A stretch of 64,000 nucleotides of DNA from Candidatus Oxydemutatoraceae bacterium. Lineage in GTDB: Bacteria; Pseudomonadota; Gammaproteobacteria; Poriferisulfidales; Oxydemutatoraceae. The stretch is from assembly GCA_965220085.1 (NCBI GenBank), contig CBDCOZ010000003.1, forward strand, positions 96,001-160,000, read 5' to 3'. The position numbers were made by a program, and so were the translations under genes. Of the stretch, positions 42,968-54,680 are shown one piece after another. The number at the start of each line of letters is the position of its first letter. The stretch's first letter is position 1. The notes under the pieces were generated by a model, which had not been told where the DNA came from, made no database searches, and worked only from the letters and a program-made list of their open reading frames with translations.

Positions 42968-45197
42968 CGTGTTCTCCGCGCACATTGAGTTTTGAGAAAT
43001 CGCCTATGCACATGAACAACGCGCGCACTTTGTGCAAAAGGTTGATGCGGTTGCGGCGCACCGTGTGATCGTCGTCCATGACCAGCACCTCGTCAAAGAA
43101 CGTGCCTATCGGCGCGCGCAGGCCGACCAGTTTGTCCAGAGCGTCGGCATACTTTTGTTCTTTGGCCAGTTGTGTGACCGACTCGGAGCACGCCCGCAGG
43201 GACTCGTACAATGCCCGCTCGGCTTCGTCTTTCAATATATGCTCCTCTATCTCGCCGCTGTCGGCTTCGGCGGCGTTCTTTTTCAAAATATTGCCGATGC
43301 GCTTGTTGGCGGCGATGAGCGTTCCCATCTGCGGCATCCGCCCGAAGCGACAGATTGCCGCCAGCCGCCCGTTGAGGTCAAGCAAGCGCTCGGGGCGGAT
43401 CGCCATCGCCGCTTCTATCTGATCCGGCGATGGCGCGTGTGCGGTATCCGCGGTCGGGTAGCAGCCGCGTATCCGTTCAAGCAGATAGGTCTTTGCGGCG
43501 TTGATATTTTCCGGTTCAAACCGCCTTTTCAGTTGCTTTTCATAGGCCGCGATCGCGCTGTCGATCAGGGCGAACAGATTGAATTCGGGTTGCGCCGCGC
43601 CCGCTTTTTCTAGCCGCGCACCGAGCGCCAGAATCAGCCGTATCACGCCGATGCCAGCGCGGCGCAGGGCGAAAGGGTCTTTGCTGCCGCTCGGACGGAT
43701 GCCGACGGCGAAGATGCCGGCCAGCGTATCCGCCCTGTCGGCGATGGCGAGGATGCTTCCTTCCGTACTCTGCGGCAGACCGGCGCCGGCCTGACGCGGC
43801 ATATAGTGTTCGGCGATGATATTGCCCGCCGCCGCATCGCCCTGTTGGCGCGCGCAGTAGGCCCCGATAGCGCCCTCCAGCGCCGGGTACTCGCGGACGG
43901 TGTCGGTCATCAGATCGGCTTTGCACAGCCGTGCCGCCCGCGCGAGGGCATCGGTGTCAAGTGTGATATCGTCGCCAGCGCTTTGCAACACCCGCGCGAT
44001 GGCGGCGGCGACCTCGCCAAGCCGCTCGGACTTGTCGGCGAGCGTGCCGAGCTCTCTGTGAAATATCACCTTTGCAAGTTGTGGCAGGAAGCTGTCAAGA
44101 CCGGCTTCGGTATCTTTACGCAGAAAGAAGGCGGCATCGTTTAAGCGCGGGTGTGCGACTCTTTCAAAACCTTTTTGCATGTTTCCATCCGCATCACCTT
44201 CGACATTGCTGATGATTAGAAACCGATTGGATAGCTTTGCATTCCGGTCCAGCCCCAGAAAAAACTTCTGATTTTTTATCAGGGCCTGGATGATGACAGG
44301 CCGCGGCAATGAATCGCAAAATGTTTTGTCAAACGACCCGCATACCGGGTATGGCCACTCAACCATCGCCGCATTTTCTGCCGCCAGCGCGTCTATTGCG
44401 TCGCCGTGGTTTTCATCGCCGCCGTAAAAATTCTTCAGTTGTCGCAGAAAGTCTGCCTGCGCGTCATCGGCACCGTCCGCTGCGGGGAAGGTATCGTCGT
44501 ACATCTTTCTAATCATCGTCTGGCGTTTCTCTTGCGCCACGATGACTTTGCCTTCGGTCTCCAGCGTCTGCTCGTATGCTTCGGCGCTTTTGATTGCGAT
44601 GCTGCCGGGGTGATAGAAGCGGTGACCGTAACTGACCCCTGCCGAGCGGATTCCCATCACATCTATTTCCAACGGTGTGTCCGCGTGAACGGCGAGTATC
44701 CAGTGAATCGGGCGGATGAATGTGTGGGGTTTGTCGCCCCAGCGCATCCGCTCAGATAGCGGTGCGGCGGCGAGCGCCTGCTCAATATATTGACCGAGCT
44801 GCTCGTGTAACTGCAAGCCCGGCGCTGTGTGTTGGTGGCAAAGCCGCCCGTCTTTTTGTTCCAACTCGGACAGTTCCGCGCCGCACGATTTGGCAAAGCC
44901 CAGAGCGGCGGCGGTCGGTTTGCCGCTGTCGTCGTACGCCGCCGTCAGCGCCGGGCCCTTGCGCTCGACGGCGCGCGGCGGCAAGCGCTCGGCGATAGCG
45001 CAGAGTCTGACCGCCAGCCGTCTCGGTGTCGCGAACCATCGGGTCGTGTCATCGGCGGCCTGTTTGAACCCATCGGCAATGAGCATGTCTTGCAAGCGCC
45101 GCGCAAAGTCGGCGCCGAGCGCCGCGACGACCCGCGCCGGCAGTTCCTCAACGCCGACTTCCGCCAGCAGGGATTTGTTCGCTTGGGTGTCGCTCAT
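42948..45197 (-). CDS. glyS: Glycyl-tRNA synthetase beta subunit
   Basis: [23 protein letters not shown] and VR.NR..LL. Confidence 0.95.
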   Translation of the reverse strand: MSDTQANKSLLAEVGVEELPARVVAALGADFARRLQDMLIADGFKQAADDTTRWFATPRRLAVRLCAIAERLPPRAVERKGPALTAAYDDSGKPTAAALGFAKSCGAELSELEQKDGRLCHQHTAPGLQLHEQLGQYIEQALAAAPLSERMRWGDKPHTFIRPIHWILAVHADTPLEIDVMGIRSAGVSYGHRFYHPGSIAIKSAEAYEQTLETEGKVIVAQEKRQTMIRKMYDDTFPAADGADDAQADFLRQLKNFYGGDENHGDAIDALAAENAAMVEWPYPVCGSFDKTFCDSLPRPVIIQALIKNQKFFLGLDRNAKLSNRFLIISNVEGDADGNMQKGFERVAHPRLNDAAFFLRKDTEAGLDSFLPQLAKVIFHRELGTLADKSERLGEVAAAIARVLQSAGDDITLDTDALARAARLCKADLMTDTVREYPALEGAIGAYCARQQGDAAAGNIIAEHYMPRQAGAGLPQSTEGSILAIADRADTLAGIFAVGIRPSGSKDPFALRRAGIGVIRLILALGARLEKAGAAQPEFNLFALIDSAIAAYEKQLKRRFEPENINAAKTYLLERIRGCYPTADTAHAPSPDQIEAAMAIRPERLLDLNGRLAAICRFGRMPQMGTLIAANKRIGNILKKNAAEADSGEIEEHILKDEAERALYESLRACSESVTQLAKEQKYADALDKLVGLRAPIGTFFDEVLVMDDDHTVRRNRINLLHKVRALFMCIGDFSKLNVRGEHDETGAA

Positions 45198-46087
45198 TTT
45201 TGTCTCTCGCGCAACAACGGAAAGCCCATCGCTTCGCGTGTTTCGTAAAACAGTTGCGCGGCTTTGCGCGCCATCTTTCTGATTCGGAGGATGTAACGCT
45301 GCCGTTCGGTTACCGACAGCGCGTGGCGCGAGTCCAGCAGGTTAAAGCAGTGCGATGCGATGGTGACTTGCTCGTAAGCCGGCAGGGGAAGGCTCTGTTC
45401 GATCAACACCGCGCACGACTTCTCGCTGTCCGCAAAATGTTGTGTCAATGCCGCAATGTCGGCAAAGTCAAAATTGTAGGCCGATTGCTCGGCCTCGTTC
45501 TGGCGGAACACATCGCGATACGTCAGCGCGGTGTCGCCCGCTTGCGTCCACACCAGCGCAAAGATGTCGTCGCACTGTTGCAGATGCATGGCGATTCTCT
45601 CCAGCCCGTAGCTTATTTCCGCCGTGACCGGTTTGCATTCCAGACCGCCGCATTGTTGAAAGTAAGTAAACTGGCTGACCTCCATGCCGTTGAGCCACAC
45701 TTCCCAGCCGAGTCCCGCCGCCCCCAGCGTCGGCGACTCCCAGTTGTCTTCCACGAAGCGGATGTCGTTCGCGCGCAAATCTATGCCGAGCGCTTCCAGC
45801 GATGCGAGATACAACCGCTGCACATCGTCCGGCGACGGCTTTAAGACGGTTTGGAACTGATAATAATGTTGCAGGCGATTCGGGTTCTCGGCAAAGCGGC
45901 CGTCGCTCGGTCGGCGGCAACCTTGCGCATAGGCACAGCGCCACGGCTCGGGGCCGAGCGCGCGCAGAAAAGTTGCCGGATGAAATGTCGCGGCGCCGAC
46001 GGGCAGGTCGTACGGCTGTAGAATCGCGCAGGCTTGGTCTTTCCAGTAACTCTGGAGAGCCGCCAACATATCCTGAAAAGAGAGCAT
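45194..46087 (-). CDS. glyQ: Glycyl-tRNA synthetase alpha subunit
   Basis: [26 protein letters not shown] and YGLERIAM. Confidence 0.97.
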   Translation of the reverse strand: MLSFQDMLAALQSYWKDQACAILQPYDLPVGAATFHPATFLRALGPEPWRCAYAQGCRRPSDGRFAENPNRLQHYYQFQTVLKPSPDDVQRLYLASLEALGIDLRANDIRFVEDNWESPTLGAAGLGWEVWLNGMEVSQFTYFQQCGGLECKPVTAEISYGLERIAMHLQQCDDIFALVWTQAGDTALTYRDVFRQNEAEQSAYNFDFADIAALTQHFADSEKSCAVLIEQSLPLPAYEQVTIASHCFNLLDSRHALSVTERQRYILRIRKMARKAAQLFYETREAMGFPLLRERQK

Positions 46088-46144
46088 CGGTAAATTAAAT
46101 GTGTCCGCAGACGATAGGCAAATGATTATACATCAGTCAAAGCG

Positions 46145-46487
46145 CGCCGCCGCGCCGGAGCGGCCTATCGTCATGGCCGCGACTCGGTTTTCATCAACTC
46201 GGCGGCGGTTTGCAGAAAGTCTTGGCGGTCTGTGCCTGTGACGGCGATGCGCGCCGCATCGGGGTAGCGGCTGAAGTGCGCTTTCATCGAGCGCAAGCAG
46301 AAAGGGTCGTAGTGCGCCGCCGCGCCGGAGCGGCCTATCGTCATGGCCGCGACTCGGTTTTCATCAACTCGGCGGCGGTTTGCAGAAAGTCTTGGCGGTC
46401 TGTGCCTGTGACGGCGATGCGCGCCGCATCGGGGTAGCGGTCGAAGTGCGCTTTCATCGAGCGCGAGTAGAAAGGGTCGTAGTGCGC
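46145..46487. repeat. 170-bp tandem duplication of the selU 3' end
   Basis: HYDPF..RSMKAHF..YPDAARIAVTGTDRQDFLQTAAELMKTESRP* occurs twice (stops at 46341 and 46171). Confidence 0.9.
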
Positions 46488-47402
46488 GGTGATCAATTCT
46501 TTGACGACATGCTCCGTCTTGCCCTGACGCAAGGATGCGCACCAGCGGCCGATTCTCTCCTTGCCCAGATACGGTTTCAGACGCGCCAATGCGGTTTCAA
46601 ACCGCTCCGGCTCGGCGATGAAGTGTTCGTATTCGGCCATCAGAAATGCGACCCGCTGTTCGGTTGTCGCCTCAATGTCAATGCATTCCGCCCGCCGGAT
46701 CGCTTCTATCAGAGGGGCCGGCACCTGTACCCGACCGATCTTGCGGCTTTCCGCCTCAACATAGGTCGGCACATCCGCTCGCAAGCGACGCATGTCGGCG
46801 CAGACCAGACTTTCAAACCGCTTTTGTGACGGTTGCGTACCCGCCAGCGGCTCGCCGAGCACCGAGCCGCGATGGTTGGCGAGCTTTTCCAGATCAAGCG
46901 CTTGCGCGCCGGATGCCCGCAAGGCTTCAAGCAAGCGGCTTTTGCCGACACCGGTGCGACCGCAGAGCGCCCGAAATTGCAACTGTGACGAAAGGGTTTT
47001 GAGCGCGGCGACGACCGCGCGGCGATAAGACTTGTATCCCCCGGGCAGTTGCTCGGCCCGCCAGCCGACGCTGTTTAGAACATGCGTCATCGCGTGACTG
47101 CGCGAGCCGCCGCGCCAGCAGTACACCAGCGGCTTCCAGTCGTCTTCGCAGTCGGCAAAGTCGCGTTTGATGTGGCCGGCGATATGCGCCGCGACCAGAC
47201 CGGCTCCCTGTTTGCGCGCCTCAAACGGCGAGACTTGCTTATACAGATAGCCGATGCGGGCGCGTTCGTCGTCGTCCAGCACCGGATAATTGACCGCGCC
47301 CGGGATGTGGTCGTGCGCGTATTCCTGCGGCGAGCGCACGTCCAGAATCTCATCAAAGCGGTCGATTTGTGATAATGTCCAATTGTTCTGAGGTGATGAC
47401 AT
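46341..47402 (-). CDS. mnmH: tRNA 2-selenouridine synthase (SelU/MnmH)
   Basis: Rhodanese DVRSP.EY..DHIPGA and YCWRGG.RS; P-loop G.TG.GKS; DLE.LANHRGS. Confidence 0.93.
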   Translation of the reverse strand: MSSPQNNWTLSQIDRFDEILDVRSPQEYAHDHIPGAVNYPVLDDDERARIGYLYKQVSPFEARKQGAGLVAAHIAGHIKRDFADCEDDWKPLVYCWRGGSRSHAMTHVLNSVGWRAEQLPGGYKSYRRAVVAALKTLSSQLQFRALCGRTGVGKSRLLEALRASGAQALDLEKLANHRGSVLGEPLAGTQPSQKRFESLVCADMRRLRADVPTYVEAESRKIGRVQVPAPLIEAIRRAECIDIEATTEQRVAFLMAEYEHFIAEPERFETALARLKPYLGKERIGRWCASLRQGKTEHVVKELITAHYDPFYSRSMKAHFDRYPDAARIAVTGTDRQDFLQTAAELMKTESRP

Positions 47403-48447
47403 GGGCATAGACCATTCTGCAAAGTTGACTTCATTATCGCATGGCGGCGGATGCGGGTGCAAAATTGCGCCGCCGGCGCTCGCGCGCCTGCTGGCAAAAA
47501 TTCCGCCGCCACGGTGCGCCGACCTTTTGACGGGCGCTGGCAGCAACGACGATGCGGCGGTCTATCGGCTGAGCGCCGAGCGGGCGTTGATCGCAACGAC
47601 GGATTTTTTCCCGCCGATCGTGGATGACCCGTATCAGTTCGGGCGCATCGCCGCCGCGAACGCCTTATCCGATGTTTATGCGATGGGCGGCAGCCCGGCG
47701 CTGGCTTTGAATCTTCTCGCTATGCCGTCGGACAAGTTGGACGAAGAGACGATAGCGCGGGTGTTGCGCGGCGGGCACGATGTGTGCGGCGAAGCGGGGT
47801 GTGTGATTGCGGGAGGGCACTCGCTTGACAGCGCCGAACCGTTTTACGGTCTGGCGGTCGTCGGCTTTGGCAAGCCGGAGCATATCAAGCACAACTCGGC
47901 CGCCGTTGCCGGCGATGCGCTGGTTCTTGGCAAGCCGCTGGGTATCGGTGTGCTGGCCGCCGCGTTCAAGCGGGGTTGCTTGAGCGAGGATGCGTACGAG
48001 GAAATGATTTTCTGGTCGACAAAACTCAATGCGGTCGGTTCGCGTATCGCCCAAGCGGACGGCGCACACGCGATGTGCGATGTCACCGGATTCGGCCTGC
48101 TCGGTCATCTGCTTGAGATGTGCGATGCCGCAAGTCTTGTTGCGCGCATTCGCGCGGACGATGTTCCGATGCTTGATTCCGCGCTGGCTCTGTCGCAAAA
48201 GGGCATCGCGACGGGGGCTGCGACCCGCAACCTGCAAAGCGCGCGGGCGCAAACGGATATGCCCGCCGGCAACGGCGCGCGCGCGGCTTTGCTGTGTGAT
48301 CCGCAGACGAACGGCGGCCTGTTGGTCGCTTGCGCGCCGGATGCGGTTGCGCCGATACTGGATATGTTTCATGCCGACGGGTTTGCATCCGCCGCCGCCA
48401 TCGGCGCTTTGGAGGCCGCCTTGCAACCCGCTATCGTCGTTGAATAA
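47401..48447 (+). CDS. selD: Selenophosphate synthetase (Cys form)
   Basis: HGGGCGCK, DDAAVY, TTDFF.PIVDDP, DVTGFGLLGH and DPQT.GGLL. Confidence 0.95.
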   Translation: MGIDHSAKLTSLSHGGGCGCKIAPPALARLLAKIPPPRCADLLTGAGSNDDAAVYRLSAERALIATTDFFPPIVDDPYQFGRIAAANALSDVYAMGGSPALALNLLAMPSDKLDEETIARVLRGGHDVCGEAGCVIAGGHSLDSAEPFYGLAVVGFGKPEHIKHNSAAVAGDALVLGKPLGIGVLAAAFKRGCLSEDAYEEMIFWSTKLNAVGSRIAQADGAHAMCDVTGFGLLGHLLEMCDAASLVARIRADDVPMLDSALALSQKGIATGAATRNLQSARAQTDMPAGNGARAALLCDPQTNGGLLVACAPDAVAPILDMFHADGFASAAAIGALEAALQPAIVVE

Positions 48448-48493
48448 TCTGTAATTTCCGCGCAGGCTTTGCGGACACTGTACAATATAAATT

Positions 48494-49558
48494 ATGAGTG
48501 CCACGAACACAATAAGCGTCCATCGTCCGCTGCCGATACGGGCGCCGATCACCGCCGATGTATGCGCTGCGGTGCCCGAATATCACGGTGAGAAAAAGCG
48601 CGAAAAGTCCGCCCGCATCCGCCGCCTGCTCGAACAACATGACGCCGCTTTGGTGGCGCACTATTATGTCCACGAGGACATCCAGGCGATCGCCGATGAG
48701 AGCGGCGGCTTTGTCGGCGACTCGCTTGAGATGGCGCGCTTCGGACGGCGGCATCCGGCTTCTGCTCTGGTCGTGGCGGGGGTGCGCTTCATGGGCGAGA
48801 CCGCCAAGATATTGAGTCCCGACAAACGGGTGCTGATGCCGACGCTTGAGGCGACCTGTTCGCTGGATGAGTCTTGTCCCGCCGATACGTTTTCGGCTTT
48901 TTGTGATGCGCATCCCGATCGCACGGTGGTGGTTTATGCGAACACCGGCGCGGCGGTCAAGGCCCGCGCGGACTGGGTTGTCACGTCGAGCATCGCATTG
49001 AAAGCGGTGTGCCGCCTGATGGATCAGGGCAAGAAGATACTATGGGCGCCGGACAAATATCTCGGCGAATATGTTCGCCGCGTGAGCGGCGCCGATATGC
49101 TGCTGTGGCAAGGCAGTTGTGTCGTGCACGAAGAGTTTAAGCACGCGGGTCTGGCGCAACTCAAAAAAGAGCATCCCGACGCCGCTGTGCTGGTGCATCC
49201 CGAAGCGCCGCAAGCCGTGATCGACGAAGCCGATGTCGTGGGCTCGACATCGGCGCTGATCGATGCGGTCAAGCGCTTGGACAACAAGCGCTTCATCGTG
49301 GCGACCGACAACCGCATCTTTTACAAGATGCGCCAGATCGCGCCGGACAAAATCTTGATTGAAGCGCCGACCGCCGGCGAGGGGGCGACTTGCAACAGTT
49401 GCGCGCATTGTCCGTGGATGGCTATGAACGGCTTGGACAATCTGGAGCGGGCGTTGCTTTGCGGCGACGGCGAGGTGCGGATAGACGAAGACATTCGGCG
49501 CAAGGCCTTTGCGGCGACGATGAAAATGCTTGAGTTCGCACAGGCGCCGGCCGCATAA
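48494..49558 (+). CDS. nadA: Quinolinate synthase
   Basis: [28 protein letters not shown] and C.SCAHCPWM. Confidence 0.95.
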   Translation: MSATNTISVHRPLPIRAPITADVCAAVPEYHGEKKREKSARIRRLLEQHDAALVAHYYVHEDIQAIADESGGFVGDSLEMARFGRRHPASALVVAGVRFMGETAKILSPDKRVLMPTLEATCSLDESCPADTFSAFCDAHPDRTVVVYANTGAAVKARADWVVTSSIALKAVCRLMDQGKKILWAPDKYLGEYVRRVSGADMLLWQGSCVVHEEFKHAGLAQLKKEHPDAAVLVHPEAPQAVIDEADVVGSTSALIDAVKRLDNKRFIVATDNRIFYKMRQIAPDKILIEAPTAGEGATCNSCAHCPWMAMNGLDNLERALLCGDGEVRIDEDIRRKAFAATMKMLEFAQAPAA

Positions 49559-49585
49559 GGGGCGCAAGGGTTATAATCGGTCGCT

Positions 49586-49831
49586 ATGAAACCGCTTTTT
49601 GATTCGGAGAGATTGGACGGGATGGCGCGCGAAGTATTCCGCAACATGCCGCCCGCCCTTGGCGAATTGCGCGAGGAGTGCGAACGCAACTTCCGCGCGA
49701 GCATGGAATCTTTTCTGCAACGGATGAACCTTGTCAGCCGCGAGGAGTATGACATACAGACTGCGGTGCTGGAAAAGTTGCGCCGGCGCGTAGCCGAACT
49801 CGAGCAACGTCTGGATCAGGAAAACGATTAG
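49586..49831 (+). CDS. ubiK: Ubiquinone accessory factor UbiK (YqiC/BMFP family)
   Basis: LVSREEYDIQ.AVL...R..V..LE motif. Confidence 0.85.
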   Translation: MKPLFDSERLDGMAREVFRNMPPALGELREECERNFRASMESFLQRMNLVSREEYDIQTAVLEKLRRRVAELEQRLDQEND

Positions 49832-49857
49832 GCGCTCGGGCCGGCCGACGGTTTCAT

Positions 49858-50050
49858 GATATGCGGGCAGAATATTAAAAAAAGCCCGCAGGATTTGTCC
49901 GCGAGAGGCGCGGTTGAGAGGGTATGGCACCTGCGGGCAAAGCCATTCTTTGATATATGCGGGCAGCATGTTAAAAAAAAGCCCGCAGGATTTGTCCGCG
50001 AGAGGCGCGGTTGAGAGGATATGGCACCTGCGGGCAAAGCCATTCTTTGA
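49858..50050. repeat. About 96-bp tandem duplication between ubiK and catalase
   Basis: GATATGCGGGCAG...AAAAAAAGCCCGCAGGATTTGTCCGCGAGAGG...CCATTCTTTGAT occurs twice and contains a TGCGGGC/GCCCGCA hairpin. Confidence 0.8.
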
Positions 50051-50089
50051 TTCGCTCCGCGCCTCCCCGTCTGCGGAGCGAATATGTCA

Positions 50090-51523
50090 TCACCTCAACG
50101 CACCGGAAACTCCTTTGGCGTATTCGGGATCCGCTTTTTCAAAGTGATCCAACTGGCGGTCGATAATCTCGTCGGGCGCTTCGGCCATAGAACGGGCGAT
50201 GTTGTCAAACAACCGCGCTTGCTGTTCCGAGTTCATGAGCCGGAACAGCGCCCCGGCCTGGCTGTAATCGTCGTTGCCGTCGCGATGGTCGTAGCGGTCG
50301 GCATCGCCGTCGAGTTCCAGCGGCGGCTCGCGCAAGGAGCTGTCTTGCGTCGGCCCGCCAAAACTGTTGGGCTCATAGTTGACCTCCCCGCCTCCGTTGC
50401 CGTCAAAGCGCATCGCGCCGTCGCGATGGTAGACACAGGCTTTTGCCTGCGGTCGGTTGACCGGAAGCGCGTCATAATTGACTCCCAAGCGGTAGCGGTG
50501 GGCATCGGCATAGGAGACGATGCGAAACTGGAGCATCTTGTCCGGGCTGTGTCCCACTCCGGGGATGACATTGGCCGGCGAGAAACCGGCTTGTTCGACA
50601 TCGGCGAAGTAGTTATCGGGGTTGCAGTTCAACTCCAAGGTGCCTGCGTCGATGCACGGGTATTCCGCGTGCGGCCAGACCTTCGTCAAATCAAACGGGT
50701 TGTAGGAAACGCTCCGGGCGGCGGCTTCGGGCATGATCTGAACTTGAAATCTCCATCTCGGAAAATTGCCCCTATCAATATTCTTATAGAGGTCGCGCTG
50801 ATGGCTTTCGCGGTCGGCGCCGACTATCTGGGCGGCTTCCCCATCGGTGTAAAATTCATGGCCTTGCTCGGTCTTGAAGTGGAATTTGCACCAGAAGCGC
50901 TCGCCGTCCTCGTTGTAGAACGAGAAGGTGTGCGAGCCATAGCCGTTGATATGGCGATAGGAGCGCGGCAAGCCGCGATCCGACATCAGGATGGTGACTT
51001 GATGCAGCGATTCGGGCGAGAGCGACCAGAAGTCCCACATGGCGACGGGGTTGCGCAAGTTTGTTCTGGGGTCGCGCTTTTGGGTGCGGATGAAGTCCGG
51101 GAATTTGTAAGGGTCGCGGACAAAGAAAACCGGCGTGTTGTTGCCGACGATATCCCAGTTGCCTTCCGCGGTGTAAACCTTGAGGGCGAAGCCGCGCACA
51201 TCCCGCTCGGCATCGGCCGCCCCGCGCTCGCCGGCCACGGTGGAGAAGCGCAAGAAGCAGGGCGCTTCGCCGGGCGCGGAAAGAAATTTGGAACGGGTGT
51301 ACTTCGCCAAGACGTCGCTCTCAATCTGTAACGTGCCGTAAGCCGCCGATCCTTTGGCGTGTACCACGCGCTCGGGAATTCGTTCGCGGTTGAAGTGAGC
51401 GTGCTTTTCAAAGAGTTGCCAGTCTTGTGCCAACAGCGGGCCGCGCGCGCCGGCGGTGATGCTGTTTTGATTGTCTGCGACCGGAATGCCGGCTGAGGTG
51501 GTTAGTGTTCTCTTGTCGCTCAT
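50090..51523 (-). CDS. katA: Monofunctional heme catalase (small subunit)
   Basis: [32 protein letters not shown] and proximal [10 protein letters not shown]. Confidence 0.93.
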   Translation of the reverse strand: MSDKRTLTTSAGIPVADNQNSITAGARGPLLAQDWQLFEKHAHFNRERIPERVVHAKGSAAYGTLQIESDVLAKYTRSKFLSAPGEAPCFLRFSTVAGERGAADAERDVRGFALKVYTAEGNWDIVGNNTPVFFVRDPYKFPDFIRTQKRDPRTNLRNPVAMWDFWSLSPESLHQVTILMSDRGLPRSYRHINGYGSHTFSFYNEDGERFWCKFHFKTEQGHEFYTDGEAAQIVGADRESHQRDLYKNIDRGNFPRWRFQVQIMPEAAARSVSYNPFDLTKVWPHAEYPCIDAGTLELNCNPDNYFADVEQAGFSPANVIPGVGHSPDKMLQFRIVSYADAHRYRLGVNYDALPVNRPQAKACVYHRDGAMRFDGNGGGEVNYEPNSFGGPTQDSSLREPPLELDGDADRYDHRDGNDDYSQAGALFRLMNSEQQARLFDNIARSMAEAPDEIIDRQLDHFEKADPEYAKGVSGALR

Positions 51524-51761
51524 AATATCTGCCTCTCAGTTGAGTAATAAATAGCGCCCGTTTTCGGGTACGGGAAGCATTATTATTTATTCCGCTTATG
51601 ATGTAAATCATATATTTCATATGTTAGCCATAAATAAATCTTATGTGGCGCGTTGAGCAAGGCGGCATATGGCGTTTGTCGGCTCGTTTGCTACGGCTGT
51701 CAGATTGCCGCTCCCGTTGTTGCAAAAGGCCGTGAGAATGGCGCGCGGGAGATGATGTTTG

Positions 51762-53276
51762 ATGCAACAAGTAGCGCTCATTTATAGCAGGGTCTGCAGA
51801 GGACTGGAAGCGATTGAGGTCGCCGTCGAGGCGTATATCGGCTCCGGCTTGCCGTGTATGCACATTGTCGGCTTGCCCGAAACAGCGGTGCGGGAGAGCA
51901 AGCATCGGGTGCGCGCGGTGCTGTCGCAAAACGGATTTGAGTTTCCGTATCACCGCGTGGTCGTCAATCTGGCCCCGGCGGATGTGCCGAAGGAAGGCGG
52001 GCGGTTTGATTTGCCGGTCGCGCTCGGCATTCTGGTCGCCAGCGGTCAGCTGCCGCCGCAGGCGGTTGAGAATTGCGAGTTCATCGGCGAGTTGAGTTTG
52101 AGCGGCTCGCTGTTGCCGGTCAAGGGCGTCATCCCCTCCATCCTCGCCGCCGAGCGCGCCGGACGCAACATCCTGATACCGGCGCAGAATGTTCCCGAGG
52201 CGCGGCTGATCGGCAAGCCCAATATATTCAGCGCCGATCATATTCTTGAAGTGTGCGGCTGGTTGCTCGGTCGGGAGGAAGCGCAAAAGGTCGCGCCGCT
52301 TGCAAGCAAGGCGGAGTTCGCTTATGCGGTCGATATGCGCGATGTGCGCGGGCAGCATCACGCGGTGCGGGCGATGGAAGTGTGCGCGGCGGGGCGACAC
52401 CACTGCCTGATGATGGGCGCGCCCGGCAGCGGCAAGACCATGTTGGCCAGTCGGGTGCCGACTATCCTCCCGCCGATGAGCGAGGACGAGGCCCTGACGA
52501 CTGCGGCGATTATGTCTCTCACCCATGACAAGATCAGGACGGAGGATTTCTACAAGCGGCCTTTTCGTTCGCCGCACCACACGGCATCGGCGGCGGCGCT
52601 GGTCGGCGGCGGCAGCAACCCGCAGCCCGGAGAAATATCAAAAGCGCATAACGGCATTTTGTTTTTGGATGAGTTGCCGGAGTTCGGACGCGCGGTACTC
52701 GACGCTTTGCGCGAACCGTTTGAGACCGGCGTGATATATCTCTCGCGCGCGGCGTGCAGCGTGGAATATCCCGCCCGCTTCCAATTGATCGCGGCGATGA
52801 ACCCGTGTCCCGACGGCTTGGATGTGGATGAGTACGGCAACTGCCCGTGTGATGAGAGACGCTTGAGCAATTATTACGCGCGTTTGTCGGCGCCGATGCT
52901 CGATCGTTTTGACCTGCACATTCGCGTGCCGCGCATCAAGTGGGGAGAGGACGAGCACAGCCAGCGCCCGTGCGAACCGAGCGCGGCGATTGCGGCCAGA
53001 GTCATCCCCGCCTGGCAAAGACAGCTGAAACGTCAGGGCAAGCCCAATGCGGTGTTGACAGTTTCTGAGATCGAAGAAGCGTGCAAATTGTCGGCGCAGA
53101 ACACGGCGATTCTGTATCGCGCGGTTGAGCGCATGAACCTGTCGACGCGCGCGATGCACAAGATACTCAAAGTTGCGCGTACGATTGCCGACCTTGCCGG
53201 CGCCGAAGAGATCTCCAAAGCGCATCTGCTTGAAGCAATCGGTTATCGTTGCATGGATAAGTTGCGCGCGCGTTAG
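51762..53276 (+). CDS. comM: YifB/ComM Mg-chelatase-like AAA+ ATPase
   Basis: VGLPE..VRES, NLAPAD.PKEG, G.PGSGKTM, RSPHH, LFLDELPEF and AAMNPCP. Confidence 0.92.
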   Translation: MQQVALIYSRVCRGLEAIEVAVEAYIGSGLPCMHIVGLPETAVRESKHRVRAVLSQNGFEFPYHRVVVNLAPADVPKEGGRFDLPVALGILVASGQLPPQAVENCEFIGELSLSGSLLPVKGVIPSILAAERAGRNILIPAQNVPEARLIGKPNIFSADHILEVCGWLLGREEAQKVAPLASKAEFAYAVDMRDVRGQHHAVRAMEVCAAGRHHCLMMGAPGSGKTMLASRVPTILPPMSEDEALTTAAIMSLTHDKIRTEDFYKRPFRSPHHTASAAALVGGGSNPQPGEISKAHNGILFLDELPEFGRAVLDALREPFETGVIYLSRAACSVEYPARFQLIAAMNPCPDGLDVDEYGNCPCDERRLSNYYARLSAPMLDRFDLHIRVPRIKWGEDEHSQRPCEPSAAIAARVIPAWQRQLKRQGKPNAVLTVSEIEEACKLSAQNTAILYRAVERMNLSTRAMHKILKVARTIADLAGAEEISKAHLLEAIGYRCMDKLRAR

Positions 53277-53443
53277 CGGGCAAACGCATGACCCGCGCTC
53301 CCCTCTCGCGGGAGAGCGGTGACAGCGCTCGCGCTCGCTACACTCCTCGCATCGCCTGTCGGCTCGGACTCCGCACATCTAACTACATTCACCGCATCGC
53401 CTGCCGACTCGGACTCCGCGACTCTCTGCCGCAGGCACTCGCG

Positions 53444-54444
53444 CTATCGCAACGGGCCTTCAAGGAAGAGGCGCAGCCGCAAGCGCAGGCCCGCATTCGT
53501 CACACGGGCGCCGATGGAGCAGAGCGGCCCCTCCTGCACCGGGGTTGCGTGGCGGTCCATAAAGCGGACGCAGAAGCGCAGATATTGGCCCGCCAGGGCC
53601 TGGGTGGGCGTGAATGTGATGGCGGTCGCACTTGCTATGGCGGTGAATGTGCCATCGCTGGCGGAGGATGACTGCCATTCCCACCTCAGGGTTTCGCGGT
53701 TTATGTCGTTGGGTTCGACTATGCCGCTGGTGGTGGCGGTCAGCTGGGTGCCCACCATATAGGTGGGGTTTTCGGCGGTGATGAGCGGTTGCGTGGTGGG
53801 GTTGCCGCTGGCGGCGACCTGGGCCGGTGCCACCAGGCGGATGTTTAGTCTGACTGAGTTAATGCTGACGGTTTCGCCGCTGCCATCGTCCATTACTTTG
53901 AACCTGAAGTTGGTATACCTGAGAAGGGGATTGTCGGGGTCGGTGGGTTCCTGGCCCGGCTCCGGGTAATAGTTGAGAGTGGGTATGGTGCCCACAGTCA
54001 CCGTCTGCGGCACTGTGGATGAGGTGATGGCGGTGGCGTCCACCCGCAGGGTGCCGGCACTCGGCACACTTTCTATGATGACGGCGGTCAGACTGTCGCC
54101 ATCGGCATCGGTGAACGGAAAGTCGGCTGACTTGAAATAAAACGGGGTGTCGGCATCGGCATCGGTGCTCACAAGAACTGTGGTGCCGCCGGGATCCGGC
54201 CGGGCTTGGGCCCGGGTGACCGGGTCTGCATTGCTGTGCGGTTCGGTACTACGCGCTTGGGTCGCTACAACAACGAACAAACAGAGCAGGAGACCAGTCG
54301 TTATCCGATGGTTTCGGACGCGCGCACAGGGGGGGGGGGGGGGGGGGGGGTAGTATTAAAATCTTTTTGCTTCATGCTATATGCTTGCAAATACAATCGC
54401 TTCCTCCTGTTAGAGGGGGTAGTATTAAAAGTTCGTAGGTTCAT
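53444..54444 (-). CDS. Secreted cadherin/Ig-like tagged protein, out of frame at C22 (G22 at 54329-54350 on +)
   Basis: ATG 54444/54375 (MKQKDFNTT). The main frame has CARVRNHRITTGLLLCLFVVVATQA with no start before the h-region. Ends GLRLRLRLFLEGPLR. Confidence 0.8.
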
Positions 54445-54499
54445 ATCTATTTCTCCTATGGCAGTCTGTCTCCAGAACAAATGCAATTATACGGTATAT

Positions 54500-54680
54500 G
54501 TACATAAACAACACTCAGTTGTTTATGGATTGTTTAATGTACATAAACAACACTCAGTTGTTTATGGATTGTTTAATGTACATAAACAACATTTAACGAG
54601 GCACGGTAATAAGAGGCACAAACAACTTTGTTGTTTGTGGATCTTTCATGAGAGCACAAACAATTGAGTATTGTTTGTGT
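54500..54680. promoter_or_regulatory. Cluster of palindromic operator-like sites CA(C/T)AAACAA(C/T)-N3-5-(G/A)TTGTTT(G/A)TG
   Basis: Perfect 10-bp inverted repeats at about 54503-54527, 54542-54566, 54617-54639 and 54655-54679. Related sites at about 56439-56461 and 15799-15823. Confidence 0.6.

Noticed and set aside
47401-47470. Selenocysteine in SelD
   Set aside because: The active site is encoded as Cys (TGC GGG TGC AAA), with no in-frame TGA.
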